From Polyangia bacterium (GTDB taxonomy: Bacteria > Myxococcota_A > Polyangia > Palsa-1104 > JAEUJZ01): 14,724 bases of DNA. A program made the translations under genes and the position numbers. The notes beneath the pieces are model-generated. The model was not told where the DNA came from. It worked only from the letters and a program-made list of their open reading frames with translations, and made no database searches. The DNA lies in NCBI GenBank assembly GCA_044228505.1, contig JBGAUT010000014.1, positions 1 through 14,724 of the forward strand. Direction: 5' to 3'. Shown here in pieces: positions 5,732 through 13,521 of this stretch. The first letter of the stretch is position 1, and each line of letters opens with the position of its first letter.

Positions 5732-8197
5732 TCAGTAGGAGCCCACTAGAGAAGGGTTTAGCTCTTTGGTGTAAAACACGGCTTCTTTATGCACTGCGGC
5801 GGCTGACAGCAGTATTTTTTGGCCGTTGTCCTCATACGTTGCATAGGACTGACTACTCGTCCGAACAAATCCAAGCATTTCTGCCGATAGTGCGGTTGCG
5901 CGATGCAGACATAAGGCACCAGCGTGACGATAACCGAGCGATTTGGCCATATCTAGAATACGGCGGTCCAGTTCGAACAGTAGCTCGGTGCCGTCGATAC
6001 CTGGTTTTGCCCCAGCAATCGCCATATCCAGCATTTCTCGCTCCAGGAGCTTCGGAACTCGCAGATCGTAGGGCTCAAAGAAGTACGCGAGAAATGTCTG
6101 ATAACGCACAAAGGCTTCGGATAGCTCGGCCGGTTCGAGCGGAACCGGCGTGATCCAGTCCCCAGCCAGGCTGAAGCCGACCAGCTCACCACTTGCGCCG
6201 TCGAGCGCCACCAGCGACAGCCCTTGTCCTCGGTAACGCGAAATCAGCGCCCGATAGAACGGCAACAGATCGACGGCCTGTAGCCGGAGGCTTTGGCACA
6301 CGGGCTCTGCGCTGACAAAGACCTCGCACGCAAAGTGAATCAAGGCCTCTTCCGAGACTTCAGTGGCAGGCACAATCCGATAGTTGGGTAACGCGCTGGG
6401 CGTAGGGATCGGCTCGCGACCGCTGAGCCACCGCCCAAGCTGAGCCACCGATGAATCCCGTAGCAGCGAAAGGGGTACCTGCGGCCCCCCCCGAGTGGCC
6501 AGCTTGGCCCCTAGCTCCGCCAAGGCCAGTGAGTCGCCCCCGAGCAGGCCGAGGCTGTCGTGCGGACCCACCGGATGGATGCCCAGGACTTCCGAAAACA
6601 GTGTAGCCAGCGACTGCTCGTCTGCATCGAGAGGGACCGTCTCCGAGGGTCGATTCGCCTCGATTCGCTGTGCGATCTCCACCAGCGCTCGCCGGTCGAT
6701 TTTGCCACTTGGAACCAGCGGCAGCTCGGCCAGCGCCATGAATCGCGACGGCACCATCGCCGCTGGTAACCGCTCGCTCGCCCGCTGACACAGCCGCTCA
6801 ACCCCCAGTTCCATCGGCGAGCAAAACAGCCACAAGCGCCGAACTTCGGGATCCGCCGGACTGGGAACCGCGACGGCTGCCACCATCCCGCCCGCAGGCA
6901 AGTCGCTCGACACGGCCTGCTCGATCTCCTCCAGCTCCATCCGGATGCCGCTGACTTTGACCTGATTGTCGACGCGGCCCAGGTAGTCGAGCTGTCCATC
7001 AGGCAAGCTGCACACGCGATCCCCAGTTCGGAACAATCGCTTGTCGCAGCGCGTTGGATGCGGAACGAAACGCAACCGGTCTTCCTCTGGACGTCGCCAA
7101 TAGCCCCGAGACAGCACGGGCCCCCCGACGTACAGCTCGCCCTCGACTCCTACCGGAACAGGCCGCCGCTGCTCATCCAGCACCAACAGCTCGGCACCGG
7201 TGATGGCAGAGCCAATCGGTACTCGGCCCTTCGGAATCGGCGTCTGCGGGGCAAACTCGGCACAGGTCACATCGGCGGATACCTCGGTGCTGCCGTACAG
7301 GTTAAGCAGCGTCGCCTGCGGATGGGCCTGTCGAAAGCGCTGTAGTAGCGCCGTACTCAGCGTCTCGCCACTGCTCACCCACAGCGAGAGGAGGGGCAGC
7401 CGCTCGCCGAGGTCAGGAAACACCCGCAGCAGCGTCGATAGCAGTGATGGCACCAGCGTGAGCCGGGTCACCCGATGGGCGGCCAACGTCGCCACTAAGC
7501 GGTGCAGATCCGTCACTTCCTCTGGCCGAATGATCGCGGTGGGCACACCTTGCAACAGCCCGCTGAACACCTCCGTCACCGAGTCCACGAAGTTGAGCGA
7601 GGATCGATGCGCGACCACGTCTCCGGGCACAAGCGGATACTGGGCGAAGCCCCAGCGCAAGCGCGTTGCCATCCCGACTTGGGTCACACAAACGCCCTTC
7701 GGTCGGCCCGTGCTGCCGGAGGTATACAGAAGGCACAAGAGGGCCTCAGCCCCGTCGCTCGGCATCTGCAGCGGTTCCGTAGAAAAAGCCGCCACTTCTG
7801 CGGAATCTACCGCCACGCCGGTCAGCGACGACCGCAGCGACAGGGCATCCTGGTTTGCCCCGCTCGTCAACATCACCTGGGCCCCGCAGTCCTCGGCGAT
7901 CCACTGCTGACGCTGCTGGGGATACGTCGGATCGATGGGCACATAGATCCCGCCGGCGAGCAGGATGCCGAGCAGCCCGATCGTCGACTCCAGGGATCGA
8001 GAAATCGCCAAACCAACCGGTGTTCCGCCGCCGACACCGCGACCACGCAGAGCCCGAGCCACTTGTGAGGCTCGCCCGAGGAGCTGCTCGTAGGTAAGAG
8101 ACTGCTCAGCGCAGCGGAGTGCCAGCGCTGTCGGATGGCGCTGCGCAACCGCTACAAACCATGCCGCCAAGTTCTCGTCTGATTGCGAGTTCTCCAT
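5732..8197 (-). CDS. Stand-alone NRPS-like protein of 821 aa: adenylation domain, peptidyl-carrier (thiolation) domain and a C-terminal roughly 210-aa GNAT-like domain (A-T-X). It has no condensation, thioesterase or reductase domain.
   Basis: A-domain core motifs are LTYEQL (A1), LLYTSGSTGRPKGV (A3), NFVDSVTEVF (A4), NLYGSTEVS (A5, Ser in place of Pro), LFRTGDRV...YLGRVDNQVKVSGIRMELEEIE (A7/A8) and LPLVPSGKIDRRAL (A10). The carrier motif is HDSLGLLGGDSLALAEL, with Ser556 as the putative Ppant site. The C-terminal 605-815 lacks HHxxxDG, GxSxG and Rossmann motifs but shows a GNAT-like pattern (see the domain feature). Confidence 0.9.
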   Translation of the reverse strand: MENSQSDENLAAWFVAVAQRHPTALALRCAEQSLTYEQLLGRASQVARALRGRGVGGGTPVGLAISRSLESTIGLLGILLAGGIYVPIDPTYPQQRQQWIAEDCGAQVMLTSGANQDALSLRSSLTGVAVDSAEVAAFSTEPLQMPSDGAEALLCLLYTSGSTGRPKGVCVTQVGMATRLRWGFAQYPLVPGDVVAHRSSLNFVDSVTEVFSGLLQGVPTAIIRPEEVTDLHRLVATLAAHRVTRLTLVPSLLSTLLRVFPDLGERLPLLSLWVSSGETLSTALLQRFRQAHPQATLLNLYGSTEVSADVTCAEFAPQTPIPKGRVPIGSAITGAELLVLDEQRRPVPVGVEGELYVGGPVLSRGYWRRPEEDRLRFVPHPTRCDKRLFRTGDRVCSLPDGQLDYLGRVDNQVKVSGIRMELEEIEQAVSSDLPAGGMVAAVAVPSPADPEVRRLWLFCSPMELGVERLCQRASERLPAAMVPSRFMALAELPLVPSGKIDRRALVEIAQRIEANRPSETVPLDADEQSLATLFSEVLGIHPVGPHDSLGLLGGDSLALAELGAKLATRGGPQVPLSLLRDSSVAQLGRWLSGREPIPTPSALPNYRIVPATEVSEEALIHFACEVFVSAEPVCQSLRLQAVDLLPFYRALISRYRGQGLSLVALDGASGELVGFSLAGDWITPVPLEPAELSEAFVRYQTFLAYFFEPYDLRVPKLLEREMLDMAIAGAKPGIDGTELLFELDRRILDMAKSLGYRHAGALCLHRATALSAEMLGFVRTSSQSYATYEDNGQKILLSAAAVHKEAVFYTKELNPSLVGSY
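5753..6385 (-). other. C-terminal domain X, about aa 605-815, a putative GNAT-fold acyl/aminoacyl-transferase domain.
   Basis: The pattern GAKPGIDGTELLFELDRRILDMAKSLGYRHAGALCLHRATALSAEMLGFVRT mirrors GNAT motif A (GxG then LL..L...A...G...I.L.V) and motif B (A..(L)..(K/M)..GF). It is clearly homologous to the C-terminal domain of the second A-T-X protein (YRFAMTICTHRVTAIQAERAGFTRL). I assign the fold from the motif pattern only. Confidence 0.4.
6428..6634 (-). other. Carrier-protein (T/PCP) domain, about aa 522-590.
   Basis: The motif is LGGDSL. The Ser codon lies at about 6530-6532. Boundaries are approximate. Confidence 0.75.
6683..8140 (-). other. Adenylation (AMP-binding) domain of the A-T-X protein 5732..8197, about aa 20-505.
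   Basis: Motifs A1 to A10 are listed under the CDS. Asp235 of the FDxS-equivalent (NFVDSV) is retained, implying an alpha-amino-acid-type substrate. Boundaries are approximate. Confidence 0.8.
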
Positions 8198-8352
8198 CTA
8201 GATACTACTATAACCATAATTGTTTTTATTCATAATTAATTCATCACACATTGCTGTTCCACGATTTATCCAGCAATGGAATTTAATCACAAAATTCAGA
8301 TCTCGATGCCGTACTCCAATTCGACCATCAACATGCCATTGCGCATGAGAGT
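8198..8352. promoter_or_regulatory. AT-rich spacer of 155 bp (about 30% GC) between the two NRPS-like paralogs. It is a candidate internal promoter or regulator site, and contains a TTCATAATT direct repeat and an AATTAATT palindrome.
   Basis: The sequence is TAGATACTACTATAACCATAATTGTTTTTATTCATAATTAATTCATCACACATTG... Its AT content is striking next to flanking genes that I estimate by eye at 60-65% GC. CATAATT occurs twice, about 17 bp apart. Confidence 0.3.
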
Positions 8353-10821
8353 TCATGTAAGCTCCTTAACAAACAGGATCGCCTCGCGATGGACATTGGC
8401 CAATGAGGCAAACACCCGCTGTCCTTCAAACTCGTACGTGGAATAATCACGCGATGAGAGCCGAGTAAACCCGGCCCGCTCGGCCTGGATCGCGGTCACG
8501 CGATGCGTGCAAATCGTCATAGCAAAGCGGTAGCCACGTTCCCGAGCCGCAGCCAATGATTGCAGCTCCAACTGGCGGGTCATCTCGTACCCAGGAACGC
8601 CTGGAATGGTGCCGGTCAAAGAAAGTTGCACCACTTCGCCTCGGCTGGGTTCCCCGTACTTTCGAATGAACTCGTGTTCCAGCTCGGTCAGCAGATCGAG
8701 GCTCGGCAGCAGCCGCACCGGTGCCGTCTCAACCGGGACGACCGCCAGGCTGCAGAAGTCATGCGCGAGACAGATACCCAACACCGGCTCGCTATCCTTT
8801 AACCGTGCCACAAACGACAGATCGTCCGCCCAGCTCGCCTGCACAATCGGAGTGACAAACGGCAGGTCTTCTTCCAGCGTCAGCGACGTGGCAGCGGTGA
8901 GCGGCTCACGATCAGCGTCCATCTCAGCCGCCAGTCGAATGGTCTGCTCCTCACTGAGCCCCGACGCAGACAACGGCAACAGCTCGTACGTAGGCTGTGG
9001 AGGCAGGTCCAATGCCGAATGTTCGTCGCCATCGATCCAGCTCGCGATGACATGCAGGGGCAGCCGAGCAACTTGCACGCTCTCCAGCCGGCCACCGTGG
9101 AAATCTCGAACGATTGCGACCAAAAGCTCCGCCAAAGCGAGCGAATTCCCGCCCAAATCGGCAAAGGAATCCTGGCGCGCAATCGGACTCACAGATAGCA
9201 AGGAAGAAAACAGCGCAGCCAGCCGCCGTTCGGTGCCGGATTGCGGTTCCTCCGATGGCTCCAGCACCCGAGTCGTGCGCTGCGCGAGTTCCGTCAAGGT
9301 GCGCCGATCGAGCTTGCCATTGGGCAAAAGCGGCAGGGTTGCGATGGCAAGGTACTCGGCCGGCAGCATGCTGATCGGTAGCAGTCGCTGCGCCGCAGCC
9401 TGCAGCATCGAGACCGGCAGGTCCGGTGGCGAAAAAAACGCAAAGAGTCGCCGCGACAGAGGCTGGTCGGGTTCTTCTTTGACCACCACCGCCAGCTCAC
9501 GGAGCAAAGGACACGCGCCGAGCAGCGTCCGCTCAATCTCCTCCAGCTCGACCCGCACCCCGCGCAGCTTCACTTGATGATCTTGCCGCCCCAGAAAATA
9601 CAACTGACCGCTGCTGTCCCGTCGCACGCGATCGCCGGTGCGAAACAGCCGCTCACCCGGATGGTGCGGATGGTTCACAAAGCGCCGTGTCTGCTCGGCC
9701 GGACGACGTAGATAGCCCTGCGCAAGCACGGGGCCACCAACGTACAATTCGCCGCTTTGGCCATCGGGCACGGGCTGCATCTGCTCGTCCAAGATCAGCA
9801 GCTCGGCACCAGCCATCGACGATCCGATCGGCACCCGGTCTTCGGGCAGCGGCACTCTAGGCGGAAAGACCGCACAAGTGACATCGGCCGTCACTTCTGT
9901 GCTGCCATAAATATTGAGCATCGTGGCCGACGGATGGGCAGCCCGAAACTGCCGAAGCAGCGAGAGCGGCAGCTCTTCTCCGCTACAGGTCCACAACGTA
10001 AGCTGAGGCAGGGCCTGTTCCAGGTTGGGCACCGTGCGCAACAGCGCCGCCAGCACCGATGGCACCACGGTCAGTCGTGACACCTCAAAGCGTCTGAGCG
10101 CCGCGATGAGTGTTCCCAAATCCCTGACTTCGCTCGGATACAGCAGTGCGGTCGGAACGCCGCTCAGCAGTCCCGAAAAAATCTCGGCCACCGAGTCCAC
10201 AAAGTTGAGCGACGAGCGGTGCGCCACCACCTCGACACCACCTTGCGCAAACGGGAAGGCGGTCACGCCCCAGCGCAGGCGGTTGAGGGTAGCGCGGTGA
10301 GTGCCACACACGCCGTTGGGCCGACCAGTGCTGCCCGACGTATACAGGACATACAGCAGATCGTCGACGCAAGTCTTGGTCGCAGCAAAGTCCGTTGGTG
10401 GTGCCTGTCCACGGAGTGCATCCAGATCGACCACCAAGCCAGCGAATTGCTGCAGCGGCGGCACCATGGAAGACGAGGTGACCACCACCGATACCTCCGA
10501 GTCGGCCAGCAGGAAGCGCTGACGCTCCGTCGGATAGTCGGGATCGATCGGGACGTAGGCCCCTCCGGCCAGCAGCGTGCCAAGCACCGCGGTAAGCGAC
10601 TCCACCGAGCGTGGCAGCACGATGCCAACCAAGACGCCGCGAGTGACGCCATGCCCACGCAGGGCTTGGGCAACCGCAATCGCTCGCCGAAGGAGCTCCC
10701 CGTAGGAAAGATTCCCCTTGGAAGAAAGGACCGCAACAGACTGTGGTTGGCTCGTCGCTATTCGAAGGAAATGCGTCGACAGGGAGATGTCTTCAGACAA
10801 AAACATAGGCGCGACGACCAT
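8353..10821 (-). CDS. Stand-alone NRPS-like protein of 822 aa, paralogous to 5732..8197, with the same A-T-X architecture (A domain, carrier domain, GNAT-like C-terminal domain).
   Basis: A-domain motifs are LSYGEL (A1), VLYTSGSTGRPNGV (A3), NFVDSVAEIF (A4), NIYGSTEVT (A5), LFRTGDRV...FLGRQDHQVKLRGVRVELEEIE (A7/A8) and LPLLPNGKLDRRTL (A10). The carrier motif is QDSFADLGGNSLALAEL, with Ser560. The C-terminal 612-820 is homologous to domain X of the other protein. An SD-like AAGGGA lies about 10 nt upstream of the ATG at 10821. Confidence 0.9.
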   Translation of the reverse strand: MVVAPMFLSEDISLSTHFLRIATSQPQSVAVLSSKGNLSYGELLRRAIAVAQALRGHGVTRGVLVGIVLPRSVESLTAVLGTLLAGGAYVPIDPDYPTERQRFLLADSEVSVVVTSSSMVPPLQQFAGLVVDLDALRGQAPPTDFAATKTCVDDLLYVLYTSGSTGRPNGVCGTHRATLNRLRWGVTAFPFAQGGVEVVAHRSSLNFVDSVAEIFSGLLSGVPTALLYPSEVRDLGTLIAALRRFEVSRLTVVPSVLAALLRTVPNLEQALPQLTLWTCSGEELPLSLLRQFRAAHPSATMLNIYGSTEVTADVTCAVFPPRVPLPEDRVPIGSSMAGAELLILDEQMQPVPDGQSGELYVGGPVLAQGYLRRPAEQTRRFVNHPHHPGERLFRTGDRVRRDSSGQLYFLGRQDHQVKLRGVRVELEEIERTLLGACPLLRELAVVVKEEPDQPLSRRLFAFFSPPDLPVSMLQAAAQRLLPISMLPAEYLAIATLPLLPNGKLDRRTLTELAQRTTRVLEPSEEPQSGTERRLAALFSSLLSVSPIARQDSFADLGGNSLALAELLVAIVRDFHGGRLESVQVARLPLHVIASWIDGDEHSALDLPPQPTYELLPLSASGLSEEQTIRLAAEMDADREPLTAATSLTLEEDLPFVTPIVQASWADDLSFVARLKDSEPVLGICLAHDFCSLAVVPVETAPVRLLPSLDLLTELEHEFIRKYGEPSRGEVVQLSLTGTIPGVPGYEMTRQLELQSLAAARERGYRFAMTICTHRVTAIQAERAGFTRLSSRDYSTYEFEGQRVFASLANVHREAILFVKELT
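8362..8988 (-). other. C-terminal domain X, about aa 612-820, a putative GNAT-fold transferase domain.
   Basis: TGTIPGVPGYEMTRQLELQSLAAARERGYRFAMTICTHRVTAIQAERAGFTRL aligns with GNAT motifs A and B and with domain X of the paralog. Confidence 0.4.
9037..9249 (-). other. Carrier-protein (T/PCP) domain, about aa 525-595.
   Basis: The motif is LGGNSL, a variant of GGHSL/GGDSL. Boundaries are approximate. Confidence 0.7.
9292..10749 (-). other. Adenylation domain of the A-T-X protein 8353..10821, about aa 25-510.
   Basis: See the CDS entry. The FDxS-equivalent NFVDSVAEIF shares D-S-x-x-E with the paralog. Boundaries are approximate. Confidence 0.8.
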
Positions 10822-10959
10822 CCAGGTTTTCCCTTTGTTGCCGAGAGTTGGCTCTGAACAAGGACAAGGAAGGTAGGGACACCTTGGGTATCCGAATCTG
10901 GAAGCGACCAGGACGCATGTTCTGCCAAAATTTTCGCTAGGTTGCGCCGATTAGACAAC

Positions 10960-12234
10960 TTAAATCTCGACCTGTTTTAGCTCGCGAACCCGTCGAACAC
11001 CGTAGAGCAAACACAGCAGGATCGCCGCCCCGACCACGTTTAGCACGGCGTCGGTCGTGTACAGCGCTCGCAGTCCGTGACGCGCATAGACATGCGTATC
11101 GAGCGACAGCACATACATCTGGGCAATACTAGAAAACGCATAGAAGATCGAATACTGCGTCGAAGATGAATGACTTGATTTACTAATCAATTCAAACACC
11201 ATAGCTGAACAAGCCGCAATCGAGACACCCTGCATCACATCGTATACAATCGAGCCGATCGCATAGACAGATGGAGAAATTGGCATCACGGCCCAATATG
11301 TACCGACCATCGCCATAGCCACCGCAGAGATTATATATAGCGCACGACTATCGATTCGAAGGCAAAAGACACCACCAAGATAGACGCCAAGAAACGAAAG
11401 AAACCAACCAGCGAATCCATTGAGACTTACGGTCATCCATTCAGGGGCCTGATAATCTACCGCCAAGGCCGGTAAAAAGAAATTAAGAGCCATCGTGCTC
11501 GCAGGACAAATACACAAAACCAGACCCAGCCAGCCATCCCTTCCGGTCAGGGTCTGGCGAGCCTCCGCAACGAAAGCGCGAGCAATGACTCGCGGCTGGT
11601 GGCGCAAGCGCTCCGGTTCGGGAATAACCAGCGCCGCCAGGGCTGGCACAATGATGAGCGAGCCACTCACCAGCGCGAGCGTTGAGACGGAGCAGCGCTG
11701 CGTCAACACCAACATCAGCGTCGCACCAACCGAGCCACCGACTTGTATGCCCAAGTTGAGCAAGTTAGAGGCCTTGAGTCGACCGGCGCGATCCAGCGTG
11801 GTGGCAGCCAGTCCGCCAAAACAGCTCGTCGCCAACCCATATTGCATCTGCGCAACCAGAATCAGCGCATAAAAGAGATTCTCATGATTTCGCGTAATAA
11901 GGAACAATGCGATGATAATAGAGAATGCACAAGCCAAAGACATCCAAACAAACCACGATTTTCTTTTGATCCACAAATCCGTAATCGGATTACAGAACGG
12001 CTGTATAATATAAGGAAAGACGGAAGCCGTACTATACCAACCAATGGCCTCGATCGAGAGACCGAATTTACGCATCAAAAATGGCATCTCACTCAAGAAA
12101 AAGGAACCGGCCATTCCTAGCGAGAGCGCAATAATAAAATAGGGTAGAGCCGCATATCCGGACAGAGAATGCTCGATGGGCACTGGCTCGGTCAGACCGT
12201 CGCCCGCGAGATTGCGATGCAAGGCCGACTCCAT
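10960..12234 (-). CDS. MFS-type transporter with 12 predicted TM helices, a possible exporter for the product of the adjacent enzymes.
   Basis: The protein is 424-425 aa with about 12 hydrophobic segments. A cytoplasmic-loop motif after TM2, NPITDLWIKRKSW, resembles the MFS G-x-L-x-D-R/K-x-G-R/K-R/K loop. The start is ATG at rc 12234, and the track's TTG at 12237 is the alternative. GC looks lower than in the NRPS-like genes. Confidence 0.75.
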   Translation of the reverse strand: MESALHRNLAGDGLTEPVPIEHSLSGYAALPYFIIALSLGMAGSFFLSEMPFLMRKFGLSIEAIGWYSTASVFPYIIQPFCNPITDLWIKRKSWFVWMSLACAFSIIIALFLITRNHENLFYALILVAQMQYGLATSCFGGLAATTLDRAGRLKASNLLNLGIQVGGSVGATLMLVLTQRCSVSTLALVSGSLIIVPALAALVIPEPERLRHQPRVIARAFVAEARQTLTGRDGWLGLVLCICPASTMALNFFLPALAVDYQAPEWMTVSLNGFAGWFLSFLGVYLGGVFCLRIDSRALYIISAVAMAMVGTYWAVMPISPSVYAIGSIVYDVMQGVSIAACSAMVFELISKSSHSSSTQYSIFYAFSSIAQMYVLSLDTHVYARHGLRALYTTDAVLNVVGAAILLCLLYGVRRVRELKQVEI

Positions 12235-12402
12235 CAACGCGCCTGTCCGCTTGACCGCGAGCTACCGTTCATCAGCCTCTTTTTGTTCATCCGATCCACA
12301 TCTTTTCCATATGTTACCAAAGTCTTCGGCGACTCGATCGCACGCCCCAACCGGAAGAATCGCAGGAACGAAGCTCGCCAAGCGGCGGCGGCTCGGGGCT
12401 TC

Positions 12403-13461
12403 CTACTTGGATGTGCCAGAACCAACGAAGGCGGGGTCTTCGAGTGCCAGCGGGGTACAGTTCAGCGGGGCCACAAGTGGATTGCAGCGAGCGGGCTGGC
12501 CGGTGGGAACCTCAAAGCGATAGGAAAACTTACTCGTCGGTTCTGGAAAGTCGGTACTGATGAAGTGGGCCGCGCTCAGAAGGGCCGATTGCCCTCGGGA
12601 GATGTCTGCTAGGCGAGCTTCTTGGGTATCAGCGTCGGCACGAGTCCGCACGAGAAAGTGACTCTGCACTGCTTTCTGGATCTGCGCTTGGTCGGCCACG
12701 CTTTTTGGATTGTTGAGGACCGACACCGCCCCAAACGGATCTTCCGGCGCAGAGTCCACAAACAGCAGCCTTCCTTGCAGATCCTTTTTGTTGTGGGTGT
12801 ACGCAGTCCGCACCGGGCCCGTGGTGTCGAACGCAAAGAGCACTCTGCCCCGCAGCCGACCGAGCACCGGCCAGCCGCGCTCACGAAGCGCATCACGGAG
12901 CGTAGCCGATTCCCCCTGAACTTCCGCAGGAGTGATCACCCGTTGCCGTGGGAAGGCCGTCAGGATCTCGGCCTCCAGGTGCCCAAAGAAGCTCTCTAGT
13001 TCATCAGCGGGTGTGTCGTTTTTCGGTTCGATCTGAACGTAGATCGGGAGGTGTCCTGGATATGCATCCGAGAAACGTCGAATCTCTCGCAGGCAGTCGA
13101 GTAAGCGGGTGCAGCGCGTACCGGTGTCCACAAACGGAATGTGAACCACCGTCAATCCGTCCTGCGCATCAAAGGAGACATCCAGCTCCAGTTGACGGAT
13201 TTGCAAACGATCAAGCTGCTCGTAGATCGGAGCGTGCGTGTACTCCCACGCTTCAACGGAACCATCGTGGGTGTCGACGTGATAGCTATTGTGGGTACCC
13301 CGGACCTGAACGTGCTGGAGCTTGAGCAGGTCATCCAGCGGATACTTGAACGGCTTTCCGATTACGTCCGGCGGCACGTCTGAATCGCTACCGCTCGCGC
13401 CACAACCAGCACCGATCGTCAGCGCGACCAGCAGACCGATTCTAAGGAGCCCTCTACGCAT
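12403..13461 (-). CDS. Putative lipoprotein of 352 aa with a PLC-like phosphodiesterase motif (PI-PLC X-box-like HNSYH).
   Basis: The N-terminus MRRGLLRIGLLVALTIGAG|C fits a signal peptide plus lipobox ([LIV..][A/G][A/G]C). VRGTHNSYHVD resembles the catalytic-His region of the PI-PLC X domain, which is SSHNTY in eukaryotic PLCs. The rest of the protein has no family I can name. Confidence 0.5.
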   Translation of the reverse strand: MRRGLLRIGLLVALTIGAGCGASGSDSDVPPDVIGKPFKYPLDDLLKLQHVQVRGTHNSYHVDTHDGSVEAWEYTHAPIYEQLDRLQIRQLELDVSFDAQDGLTVVHIPFVDTGTRCTRLLDCLREIRRFSDAYPGHLPIYVQIEPKNDTPADELESFFGHLEAEILTAFPRQRVITPAEVQGESATLRDALRERGWPVLGRLRGRVLFAFDTTGPVRTAYTHNKKDLQGRLLFVDSAPEDPFGAVSVLNNPKSVADQAQIQKAVQSHFLVRTRADADTQEARLADISRGQSALLSAAHFISTDFPEPTSKFSYRFEVPTGQPARCNPLVAPLNCTPLALEDPAFVGSGTSK

Positions 13462-13521
13462 GCGCGGAGCCTACTACGAACGGCTCTACGTTGTATCTGG
13501 ATGTAGCGAGCGGTAGGACCG

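Noticed and set aside
5953-10857. Numerous ORFs in alternative frames inside the two NRPS-like genes, for example 7200..7910 (+), 7502..8068 (+), 8606..9577 (+, 323 aa), 10219..10857 (+) and 10263..10736 (-).
   Set aside because: They are fully embedded in long genes with unmistakable adenylation and carrier motifs. Their translations are low-complexity (Ser/Arg/Ala-rich), with no motifs.
12169-13383. Plus-strand ORFs 12169..12612, 12622..12999, 12948..13325 and 13141..13383, opposite the lipoprotein gene.
   Set aside because: They are antisense to the 352-aa lipoprotein ORF, which has a signal peptide and lipobox. Their composition is shadow-like.
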